DNA of 63,497 nt, filler included, from Choristocarpus tenellus KU-1152 (Eukaryota > Protista > Phaeophyceae), in NCBI GenBank assembly GCA_964200185.2. It is 12 parts of 12 records of this genome, joined end to end, with 100 filler letters (N's around TTAATTAATTAA, not from the genome) between each part and the next. Parts side by side here need not be neighbours in the genome. Positions count along the whole stretch, not along the records: positions 1 to 8,198 come from CAXNAD020005011.1; positions 8,299 to 13,730 come from CAXNAD020010795.1; 10 more parts are not named here. One strand, written 5' to 3'. Below the pieces are notes generated by a model, which did no database searches, had not been told where the DNA came from, and worked only from the letters and a program-made list of their open reading frames with translations. The position numbers were made by a program, and so were the translations under genes. Shown here one piece after another: positions 1 through 11,079 of this stretch; within the stretch, counting starts at the first letter, position 1, and each line of letters starts with the position of its first letter.

Positions 1-527
1 GGACACCCTGGTGTAGACCCCTCCCCCCCCCCAGATACTTTGGCTCAAAGACTAAACTACTCTGAATGGCAATAGTACTTAAACATATGGTCAGTGAGAG
101 ATTCAAATGACGGACATTGCAAGTTCTTCGCCATTGCTGTCCACATTCATCCCCCCCCACCCCGGTGATAGGAGCACCTGCATCCTTCATGATGCATGGA
201 ATGGGCAGCAGCATCATTGAGAGCTTACTTGGATACAATTAAGAAAAAGGTTTCACCCCACAGTACCACTATCTCTGCACCAGCTACACAGGCGTTGTGT
301 TGAATTTTCTGGGAATTTTCTGCCCGTTAGATACGATACCACATACGGTACACATTGTGTTGCCCTGCACAAGAAAAACATATTGATAGGATCTTTTTTC
401 TGCTTGAAGGCCACTTTGCAATGATATGATACCAAGAAATACAAAAGAGACACTTGCGTTTAGAAACATTGCAGCAAGGAAGAGTGCAGCAACCTAAGTG
501 ACATCAAGAGATGTAGAGGGCACTTAC

Positions 528-3500
528 CACAGGTGTCTGACTTGTACCAAGAAGGCAGATCAAAGCCCTAAGGAAATGATCTGGCGCGTTGTACTTAAGC
601 AGGTTGTCATCCAGGCACCTGCATCCTACCTGTACCGAAAGTCGGTGACATTTAGCTCAACAAGAAAGGTAACCGCATAGTCGGATGAGATGTGAGGTAG
701 ATCATTGCCTAGTACAGCATCCCACAACAACCTACAAACTCCGAGGGATACCTACCAGTAGTATATCCTGTTTCAACTGCTTCCGATTCTGAAGACGCTT
801 TCCTGAAATGAAGTGCAAGCTGTTGCAATCAAGGCATGACAAGAAGTGTAAGCATTGGTGATCTTTTCGACACCCCACTAACACACTTCGAATTGGATTT
901 GTCTGCCATTGGTTGGTTCACTCTTAAAGATGCCCTTGTCAATCTTAATGTCATCATTCCAGCAGATCATAGTGATCCGACTCCACTTGCATAGCTGGCT
1001 TTTCCACACTATTGGACGCACACCTCCGTAGCTCAACAAAGTCTTATGATGAGGGATTTGTAGATTGCTGCATAAGTGGAACGCTCTGGAATAGACGCCA
1101 TTGCTCTCAGTTTCTATGCAAATGGATGCATGGGCTCACTTGTTCAAACAGTTCAGCAGCCTCCACATAACGCCCACAGAGACCTAGTTTGCCAGCAACC
1201 TGGTCACAAGAGTAGAGGGTAAATTGGTAACACTTTTGTAATTTATTCCATAAAAACTTACTTGTGGAGGAGTCTCTATTTCAATACTACGTCTGGCACT
1301 ACAGTGCATGAAAACTAGCAGAAAACACAATGCAAAGCGGTTCATTTCCTCGAATTAACCCTGTAGCACCAGCTGACCCCCTTGTTTCTGGATAGTTGTA
1401 TTTTGGTGTATTATCCGGAACTTGAGGGTAGTGGTCCTTTGATGCCTACCTATCACAGGCTTGTGCAAATAAGGTCTAGGCTCTCTCATAGTCATCGTCC
1501 CAGCTGCTAGCCTTGGACATCTTGGAAAATGTACCTCAAGTCTCAAGATCAATCCTATGCTTGTCCCCCCACCCCATTGTTGTATACTTCAAGTCCTGTA
1601 TAAAATGCCTTACTCTGTTGGTTCAATCTAACCCACAAGTATTTCTGAACAGTTGGACTACTGCAGTCGGTGTAGCTCAATCTCCGATCGTATTATCTTG
1701 AACGGTTCTTTCCTCTCCTGGACGTGCCCTTCGAAGTGAGTATACACCATAGATTGCCAGCACAACATGCTTGCTGCCTACATTGCACTTTATGTATATC
1801 CCTGCTGTATCAACACCAAACACAAAGCTAGAAGTGGTGCCCAGTCTCACAATGAGGAAGCATTCATCCGCCAGTACCTCACAGCAGGTTTGGGCGTGAT
1901 ATAGATAAGCAGCCTTGATGTAGTGGAGTATCGAGTCCGTGTTAGTCCTATGTTGATGCATTGATCATCCATTTGAAGAGGTAGGTTGGATTAGGGTGCG
2001 TACATATTGAAGTCTGAGCAGTGGCCCAATGAGGGTACGCAACTGCATATTTCGACCAATGGGGTAAAAGGCTTGGGTGCATGGATTTAGACTACTCTGA
2101 TTTATGTTTTCCGATGCCCCCTTGCCTTGGCAAGCAGGACTTCTTCCCGTTCAGGAAATTTCTTTGTGGGTGGTTTAGTTGGTAGAAATCCGTGAGGAAT
2201 GACATCATTCGCTGTTTATCTTGTTTATATTGGGTGTTGTGAAACTAAGCTCTGTCTGTTCCTAAAGAGGCGTTTCTATTTTGCGCCACGAAGAAGAGGG
2301 AAGCCTCGCTCCAGGTGCTACACACATTATGCCTATGTTAGACCACAACCTCCACAACTGGGTTGGCCTACACCCATATGGTGTTAGGGTTAGGGTTAGT
2401 TTCTAGAAACGCCTGACATCCACTGGCACAACATTAGAGTATGTTGTAGGTTTGGGTTTATTTGTGGGACGAAGGAAAGACGAACCTGAAACGGACAAGG
2501 GTGTCACTGCATTTGTTCTCTTACTAATTGAAGTTGTGGTTTCTTAGTTGGTTTCTGTTGATGATTCAATTCTCACATGAATAAATTCCAAGATCTGTTA
2601 CAAAATTGAATATTACACCGCCATCCTGTCTATCCATGGACATTGAAGCCAAATTTTGGAAGGTTATGGTCAGGCTAAGGGGTTCAACGGTATTAGAACA
2701 CATCCACGAGGTCCTTAGGGGACACCGCTTTTGATCTTTTGAGTACCATATTGGGTCTTCAACCATAAAGGGGGTACTATTTTGGGTCACCTAAGGGCAA
2801 AGAGGGGTACCTGTCAAAAATTGCAGACGGTATGGGGTATACCCCATGTTCCAGACCATAAGAGGTACAGTTTTTTGTGTCGTTCATTGAAACACACATA
2901 GTGCTCTGTCCTTCCATACTAACAACAAGTCTTTTATCTCTTCCCACACTTTGTACCACATTTGGACCTTAAAGAAGGGAGGGGGTCTACCTCGTCTTGT
3001 CCACTCTTCGAAACAATACCTTTTGATTATGGATGCTGATTGGGGCACTGGTTAGTTTAGTTAGTTGATGCCAGCCAGAAGTTATACACAGCGGTTCTTC
3101 CCATACTTTAATTTGTCTTTGTTCAAAGTGAACCAGCCCTGTTCAAGTACAATGCCATTATTGCTAGCCACCCACAGTCAACATTAACTGGGCAAGGAAA
3201 GAAGTATGCCAGGGTAATAGCAGCTCTAAAGATAATTTTATGAACACCACCGGGCCTCAAAAAGTCTTTGCTGCACCATGCTGACATGGAAGGGTTACAA
3301 CGAACCTGTCCATTTCCATCAGTTCAGCTCTCTCAATCTCCAGGCGGGCTGCTGTTGAGAACCGTCGGATCTGACAGTACAGATTGATGGCATGGCCATA
3401 ACAGGTGGCACTCTCTGGAAATAACGAGTTGTGAGTGATAGGGAGTCTAGTTGGTAGAGGGAGTATGACACATTTTATGTTGCCCAGCTTACTAAAGTTT

Positions 3501-6085
3501 AGCATAAAGTTGAAGGTATAGACGGGTGGGGATATGCTTCTGATATCGTGGGGATAACAATTCACCAGCAACAGGGATTCCTCACATCTGGCCCAAAGTA
3601 TCTTAAGGTTAGGGTAGGGCCACGTCCGTTTGGGGTCCAAAATCCAATGTTGTGATTTTGATGTAATTTTGGCTATTGTGTTTGTTAACAAGTGCCAATA
3701 TCCTTGCTCCAAGCACACCTTTCATAGTCGTACACATTTTAGGTAATTGTGTTCATACAAAAAACCGAAAAAGGGCATAAAAAACCTGTTGGAGGCTTGG
3801 CTTCCAACTGACATACCAGGCAAGACCCCTACCCTCTTAAATGATTTGGGTCTTCTACTTCATCAAAGCATGAGAAGTGGAGATGAGATATTTTGGAGAC
3901 AATCTTCTGCAGAAGTGGTCTAGCTGAGCCCATTTTCCAGCCCAATTCAATACCCTTTTTTGACAGAAAAAACCTTTGTGTGTTAAATGCGTGTGATCGC
4001 ACTTCAAGCCATGATTATATCAGGATTGAGAGTGAAAGTATTTTAGAGGGTACGAGTTTTGCCCTGTTTGTCCATTTGGGGCTTAGCTTACCATTTTGTT
4101 TTATTGACATTTTCCTACTCCGAAATTTTTCAAAGTAGATAAAATGTGTATGTTATGAAAGTGTGTGTGCAGAACAAGGATATTGATACTTCCTAACAAA
4201 TACAATAGCCAAAATTACATCAAAATTGCATCATTGGATTTTGCCCCCCAAATGGACGCGGCTCTACCCTCTAAGATACTTTGACTCTTGAACCAGTTCC
4301 AAGACTCACGTTTTTTAGTTATGCTGGTACACACATTGATAAGTTGTACTGTCTTTATTGTGTGATGCAACGTGCCCCTTCTATGCCATGTGGTATGAGA
4401 AGAGTTTTTGGTGCAGAGATTTGCTCTAACAGTAGTAATATACTCCAGAGTACTATGGAGTCCTCTGATGTACAGAGTAGAGTGTGAATGAACATCAAGC
4501 AAGGTTATTTCCAATCTCTGTTCTTGCAACAGGTCTTAAAGCTTGAACACTTAATTGTTTCAATTTTTTAATTCTTTTCTTTCTTGGGTGATGGGGAAAA
4601 AAATGTAGCAAATGCAAATACAATCTTCTCTCATCGTCTTTCCTGAGGTCCTGCTTCAAGACCTGAGCTACATACACCCTTCTGCTCTTCTAGCTGCAGT
4701 CACTCCTAGGCCTTGGTTACTGCTCCTGGTGAGGGAAATGATCAGTCTTGAGGTGAAACGTGGTTGGAATAATTAATCTCCACCGTTTTTCTTACTCCTA
4801 TGTCTATGAATACTGACACTACTTGCTCAACCACTCCAGGTCACTAACTGACGATTGGGTTGTATGTACCATGGACTACATATACCATGTCTTGACAGGT
4901 CCAGATTTCGTTTTATTCTAGCTGGGCCAACATTAGCTGTGTCTGCTTACCATCGGCTTATTCTGTTAGTGTGCTTCACCTTTCTTTCTGCCTTTGAGTC
5001 CTAGATTGGAACTACTGCCAGTTGTGTTTGCACCACTAGTCCCTATCGTTGACCAGCAGTCGGTAAGCTGTGCCTTTTTGGTAGGAAGTTGTTTTGAAGA
5101 GAAGAAGCGCTTTACCAATCAAAGTTCTTATCCTCTGTGTCAGAGCGATCATTATCACTACTTCCTTTCAACACTTGCATGGCCAATGGGCCTTCCTCCT
5201 ACACGCTTACAGATGGAGGACCTCTACTCGATTGGATTTCCTTGTTTGTCCCATTTTGAAGTGCATTGAGTTACATCTTTGAAGTACATAATTATTCCAC
5301 GATAACAATGTGTGGCAATACATCGCTTTGCCATTTTGCGGGGCTTAGAGATTACCCACCTAGTCTATTGCTACCCATTTCTACAAATTCCCATGTCGGA
5401 TGGTGCATGGACATGTTCAACGATTTTGAGGAACCCTTGTTAGACCGATCTTACCGTACGGATCATCCTTCTGGAAGCACTGGGCAGCTATGTGATAGAA
5501 AGATGCCGCTACGTCGGCCCTGCCCAATTTTTCTTCCATCCGGCCGCAGGACTTGTAAGACGCCCCAGCATCTTGGACTAACGTCATGTTGAAAAAAGGA
5601 CAGCAAGATTGGCGTAAGTTCGATGAGCGTACATGCCCCACCTACGAATTGCACCGAGTATTGCTTTGGGAGTGCGATGGATAAGCAAAAAAAGGTCTTT
5701 CAGAAATCGAACATGATCTGCTCACATCTTTTGGCAATGCGAAAGCACGTAGCAGCTTTCTCCTGGTAAAAAGAGGCGTCGTGGTACTTGAAATGTGTGA
5801 TATTATCAGTGTAGAACCGTCGCTGCACCTTTTCAGCCTGAATACGTTGTCACATAATCAAATGATTCTTTGGCTTAGACATTTACGAGATACAGTAGTT
5901 GGTAGGGATGATTCAAGAATAGTTGGAGCATGTGGCGCTTTTTGCCCGTCGAAGTCTGACTCCCTCACGTTTCCCCTTCACCAAGGTCAATCCCAGAATG
6001 GGTCATACGGACCTTGAAAGTACGTTGGGACGGTTCCTACCTGTTCCACCCACTTTACGGCTTTCTCAAGATAAGTTTTAGCCAT
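528..6085 (-). CDS. alpha-SNAP (NSF attachment protein)-like, 7 exons, 3' end missing
   Basis: Exons 6085-6041, 5837-5726, 5577-5455, 3414-3306, 1947-1851, 1199-1140, 629-528, all GT-AG and phase-compatible. Spliced: MAKTYLEKAVKWVEQAEKVQRRFYTDNITHFKYHDASFYQEKAATCFRIAKRFQDAGASYKSCGRMEEKLGRADVAASFYHIAAQCFQKDDPYESATCYGHAINLYCQIRRFSTAARLEIERAELMEMDRTNTDSILHYIKAAYLYHAQTCCEVLADECFLIVAGKLGLCGRYVEAAELFEQVGCRCLDDNLLKYNAPDHFLRALICLL. This is colinear with alpha-SNAP motifs (AANMFKMAK, GRFTIAAK, LLKYSAKDYFFKA). Confidence 0.88.
3590..3852. mobile_element. MITE, diverged copy
   Basis: GGCCCAAAGTATCTTAAGG...TACCCTCTTAAATGATTTGGGTC; internal sequence similar to the 47877 and 62769 copies. Confidence 0.8.
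4030..4287. mobile_element. MITE, full copy
   Basis: TIRs GAGTGAAAGTATTTTAGAGGGTA / TACCCTCTAAGATACTTTGACTC, flanked by TTGA on both sides. Confidence 0.9.
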
Positions 6086-6223
6086 TTGGGCCACAGCCTT
6101 GGAGTGCGTCGGATACGAAGCAGAATCGAAGGTTTAGTGCTATGAGAGTGATGATACTACTTCCAAAGTTCAACTAATGTTTTTGTTGTGTGGTTGTTAC
6201 AGAAGAAGTGAAACGCGAAACTG

Positions 6224-7904
6224 ATGGCGACACAAAACGCCATAACAAGATGTAGACTACTAGAAATTGTGTTACTCCAGTTCAACAAGGTAGAAGACCC
6301 AATCCACTTGTGACTACTTGCTTCTCCGATAGTGGATGAGGTTGGGATGTTTGATCGAGCTGATCTAGTGCCACTCTATTGTCTCTCTGAGCCCTCCGTT
6401 GCAAGTAGCAAAAGAAAACCTGAGAATGGAAGCAAGAAGCGCCACCTTGCCTCTGCCTCGCCATCCCTGGCACCAACACTATTTAGGGACTCGTGTGATG
6501 CTAAGATAGCATGCAAAGGGAAGGGTTCGTCAGTCTTTCTCTCTACAACCGACGGTCGCCTCTGTCACTTGGAACTACGGCCACGTGGAGATGTGGAGGC
6601 GGGATTGGGTGTCGAGGATGTTGGAGATGGAGGTTGGGAGGGCGGTAGTTGGCCATCAAGTCACGGCAAGGTGGTAGAGCTTCGTTATTCTCTGGTGCAT
6701 GATGCGGTAGTAACACTTGAGGTGAGATATGATTGCATTCTCAATGGGACTCATGGGGTTCAAGGGCTCATTGTTGCCCTACGGCGAAACATTGCCTTGC
6801 TTGACTCTTAGCTTTTTCCTCGCCTGTGACGAAGTCCCACTCGCCACCCCCTCACAGCATGCTTCCACCGCAGCGGGGGAGCAAGTCTTCCTCAGTAGCT
6901 ATCATCGCTGTGGTTCACTTGGCCGGGGGGTTGTTGAAGACAGTAATGGTGGGACGTGGAAGACTCACACAATTCCCCTAGCGACCACCCAGGCATGCAT
7001 GAACGTGTGTCCACGAAGAGGTTGGGTGGCAGTTTCGACCGGTACTCTGGTAAGCATTTTGCGGAAAGTCTTGGATTTTGTATGTGAAGGAGGGCTTTGC
7101 TGTGAGCACCTGTACTGCCCCTATTCCACTCGTCAGTGCCCTTGGAATGTAAAGTTCACAACAGAAGCGATTAAGGGGGAGGGATGACTGGCCACAATGC
7201 AAAACTCCCATGAATCCCATTCCCTGCAAGCGTAAGGTTATCCTATGATCTTGGATCCTGATTGAAGAAGGTGTGTTAGTGCTGCAGTAGTTGACGAAAC
7301 CGTAGTTGAGTTGAAGATTCGCAGTATTTATTATTGAGCACCCCACTCAGTCTTTGCCCAGCTAGAGCAACATTACAAGGACAGTTTCAGTAGCCGCCAA
7401 TTCATTCAATGTCAACATGAGCAGATGTTAAGTATCTGATGAGCCAATCCAAGGTCCTACATTATTCATCTTGAAGGTAAGGTACTTTCGAGCGATTTAA
7501 CATTGCGTATGTGGACATCAGCTACTTGAGAGAGATCTCATTGAGATAACATTGGGTCTATCCCTCCCTCGCATATTTACCAGCTGACTCTTTGGGGCAT
7601 TGTGCGGCCAGTGCCTGGACGGGGACTGAAAGGAATGAGAGAACGACTCGTACAAGAGCCATCTACAAGTCCTGTAGTTGGGTTGAGGTTTGAGCATGCC
7701 ATGGAGATTGACCTTGTGGATTTGCTTGGGGCAGACCAAAGTGAGGTCGGGGGTCCAGGACCTGTCAAACATGTTGCCATCCTTGGCAACACTCTTGCAC
7801 TGGCCACAGACAAAGCGGTGTTTGTCATCGCTCTTGTGTTCAGTGGGTCCCTTGAAGGTGATGAAATGAGGGATGCCAAGGGGAGAAAGCCAGTTCACTG
7901 TTAA
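6224..7904 (+). CDS. HPS3 (BLOC-2 subunit) N-terminal domain-like protein, 4 exons, may continue off contig
   Basis: Exons 6224-6251, 6333-6721, 6858-7049, 7584-7857 (or to the stop at 7904), phase-compatible. GKVVELRYSLVHDAVVTLE, PLATTQACMNVCPRRGWVAVSTGTLLTLW and LRFEHAMEID...VKHVAILGNTLALATDKAVFVIAL resemble the HPS3 N-terminal blocks in the same order. Confidence 0.65.
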
Positions 7905-8198
7905 CACCTTGTGGGTGATGTTGAGAAAGGTGACACATTTTGAAAGTATATACGTTGGAGCAGATCGCACTCTGGAATACTGTTTTATTAGAGACAAGGA
8001 GATTAGTGCTTTCTTCCATTTAATTATTTCAGGAATCGGGAGCCATTTTTGGATTGTTCTGAGACTTCGCTTGGACAGACGATTTGCAGGGAAGATGGTG
8101 TCCCCGTCATCATTTTTTCTTTCCATCAGTCAAGGGTATACTCCCCCTCCCCCCTCTTTCACAAATCCCCAGATGAAACAGGAGAGAAGACGACATCC

Positions 8199-8298
8199 NN
8201 NNNNNNNNNNNNNNNNNNNNNNNNNNNNNNNNNNNNNNNNNNTTAATTAATTAANNNNNNNNNNNNNNNNNNNNNNNNNNNNNNNNNNNNNNNNNNNN
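8199..8298. other. artificial contig linker (first of 11)
   Basis: N44-TTAATTAATTAA-N44 (stops in all six frames). Identical linkers start at 13731, 16656, 20289, 23204, 26951, 35176, 41341, 46334, 56645 and 60747. Confidence 0.99.
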
Positions 8299-8527
8299 TG
8301 TGTTCCGTCAGCGCGTGGGGGAGGGGTGGGGCGACGGTGGCCAGCTCTGAAATTTGCCTGAAATTTGTCCCCGAAAAGAACGAAGCAAATCACAGTCAAA
8401 ACAGTAAAAAAACAAACACAACACGCACCAACTGCACGTAGCAACATCCTGCTCAGCAACATAGCCTCAATAATCCCCCCCTTTTGGTCCTTTGGTGGGT
8501 CATGAAACCTACCCGGTTCAATCTCAC

Positions 8528-9699
8528 CTTCCTTCAACCTCTCCATTTTCACGGAGAATGATCTGCTTCCCTGTCCCAGGCACAGTCCACAAACCAACTC
8601 CATCTAAGTTTGCAGTCTGCCCCATGGCCCCTTGGACTCCCGGTTTCCTCGAGGAGCCCCCAGCGTTAACATGAGTTAGGCTGAACAGACTGGCCCTTGT
8701 CTTCTCCAGGGTGCGGAAACACCACCTCTCACGATCTCTGTAATAGGAGTCCACCTGTACAGCCAAGTTGATATTATAAATAAGATTCTGGGGTTAGATG
8801 CACCAATAGAGGAGATACATATTTTTTATTTTTCCTCACCCGAGTGCTTGGCTGTTAGGCGAGCAAAAGACGATGGAAAGTTGGTGTAAATATCAAACAT
8901 GTGCCACTAATGCTGTGGCCACTCATACTGCTCTAGTGAACAATCAAGAAAGCCTTATGCCCCTTTTTTTATTAAGACTTCGCATGTGTGTGGGTGTGTT
9001 GACAGTGTGGTAGCCAAGGAATATTCAATGGATATCAACGGAATATCCTACGCTTTCCATACTGGTAACCACGGTGAGCACAAAGAAGGCAAGCAGACTT
9101 TAAATATAAAATTCTGCACCATCTAAGAACTACCTGCAACCAGCAAAGCAACTCTTTACAAAACCTTGTCTAGAGGGAAACTGCATGCATTTTTGATGAC
9201 TTATGCTGTTCCACATAATGAAGTATTAGGCTCTCCTGTAGGCATGCTGCCATAAAATCGAAAGGTGATTCCCTCAACCAAGAAAAACATGCACCATTGT
9301 AAGGAGAATTCAACACATATAGACAGCAGAAGTTCTTAAAAGGATTTCACTCTCCAAATTGTGCCATGATACAACCATAATGCTCTATGTACGAAAATGT
9401 TGGCACACCTTCATCCTCTCAGTTTCCAGGTATTGGAAAAACTCACGAACGAACACTCCTTCATCTCTCTCTGACTGTGGCTCTTGCTCTGTCTCCTCGT
9501 CGTGGCAATTGTCATGCCTGGCTCGACCATTGGAGTACATCAATGACCCAACCCCAACCCCAGCCCAAGCTTCGGGATCCGGGTTAGTTCTGTTGCTGGC
9601 TCTAACCCTCTTGGCTACCTTCTTGAGAGCCTTGTAGTCTAGGCTGCAATCTTTTAGAGAGGCGGGTAATTCATCTCTCATTCTCTTGCCAAATTTCAT
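8528..9699 (-). CDS. SPX-domain protein, first two exons (truncated by contig end)
   Basis: Exon 9699-9409 MKFGKRMRDELPASLKDCSLDYKALKK...FFQYLETERMK splices in phase 0 to exon 8754-8528 VDSYYRDRE. This gives the classical SPX MKFGK / YKxLKK / ExxKVxxFY motifs. Confidence 0.88.
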
Positions 9700-10379
9700 C
9701 CTTAACGCCCTCGCCCTTGTTGTGGCTGCTGTTAATGGAAGGCCTCGAATTCGTCGACACCCACTAAGCAATCCGCAACCAACACCTCTTTCCAGTAGCT
9801 GGGTACTTCGGTGAATGCTGGGGCGGAGGGAAAGTAAACAACGAAGAGGTTACTATACTTCGTCATTCAACTAGGGGATGGGTTCTGAAGGAAGAAGGGA
9901 AAGTGGGACTAAGCTGTGTTCTCAGAGATATCGATAAGGTAGAGGGGGTATATGTAACGAAAAAAACACTCGCCCTTGTCGATCACGTACTTCTTTGAAT
10001 ATGGAGCCAGTAACAACGCAGCACCCCCATAAAATTGAAGCACCAGCAAGGCTACCAGAGAGCATTAAGTGCACTGGAGGACTTCGCGTAATACGTGATG
10101 GGCTGCTGGGTATACATCAGCGTACGTTATATTGAGACGGGTTAGGCTTGTGTAGCGCAAGAAAAACACAATGCTCACAAGTTTGCCCTCCCAACAAGTC
10201 ATCTCCAGCCAACCACGCTTTCGCCCCTCTGGGCAGTGAAGGACCTTGCCCCCAACGGAGCCGAGCTTGTGCATGGTAATTCCTTCTCGTCAACAGGAGC
10301 CCGCCTGTTGTGCAGGCGTAAGGGTCTAAAGGCAAGGTGGCTTGACGCGAGGTGATGGGAAACCCTACTGTCGTTTCAC

Positions 10380-10740
10380 CTCAGTATTTCGGGTCTTCTG
10401 TTCTACGCTCTAACCGACTATGGAGGTAATCTAACTGTAGATTTGAGCCCAATTTGAAGTGGATGGTGTTGGTTCGAGATTGTTTCGGGGATGAAATAGA
10501 CCTATACTTGACTTAGGGATAGCCCTGACAGCCAAACCAAAGTCGAAGATGCACTTGCATATACGACCTTGGAGGGATCATTGTCGATGAACGCAGGCTA
10601 GAACAGGCCATATTATCTGCATTGGGAGACATATTTATCGCAAAGGGTCAACAACTCAATACTGCTAAGCAAAAATTGGGCCGGAACTTGGAACGAATTA
10701 TCTCTCAATCAAATACAAAGGTTCTGAGGATGTGGAGAAC
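10380..10740 (+). mobile_element. degenerate Copia-type gag remnant
   Basis: One frame reads DLGGIIVDERRLEQAILSALGDIF...KLGRNLERII, which resembles retrotransposon gag (UBN2-like). It is interrupted by stops and frameshifts. Confidence 0.35.
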
Positions 10741-10744
10741 GGGG

Positions 10745-11078
10745 TGATGTGAGGGAGTGGGCGCAAACACTCACTCTGATCTCCCGATGCTATGCGAGCC
10801 TTGAAAAGAAGAAGACGAAAGAAGTGAGGAGCAAGCGACGACGAGGTCTTCCCACTTTGTATCACACTCTTACTGACACCTCACAAGCTCAATTGATGAA
10901 GGGGTTGCTCCTAAAATATAACAGCATGATAAACGATGTTTCTCCATATATTCCCTTAACCCTAAGAATGCCTCCTCTGCAGAAATTCATATTCACTCTT
11001 TTGGTTCGATTCTCACATTTTATATTCTCCACTATGTTTGGAATAACCTAGTTAGGAAAGGGCTTCCTTATCACATCA
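10745..11078. mobile_element. LTR-like unit (solo or 3' LTR)
   Basis: Begins TGATGTGA and ends TCACATCA (perfect 8-bp inverted termini, TG...CA). Purine-rich tract immediately upstream; no TSD. Confidence 0.5.
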
Positions 11079-11079
11079 C

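Noticed and set aside
2383-2399. TTAGGG telomere-like repeat
   Set aside because: Fewer than three units, inside an intron; not a telomere.
3893-4529. Short ORFs sharing ESILEG / SQSILEGRAASIWG peptides at several loci
   Set aside because: These are translations of the MITE termini, not a protein family.
4951-5000. AG/GTAAG-bounded block encoding DSKAERKVK, resembling the alpha-SNAP N-terminus
   Set aside because: It lies inside intron 3. The true N-terminal exons are at 6085-5726, and this 50-nt block would shift the frame. Treated as coincidence.
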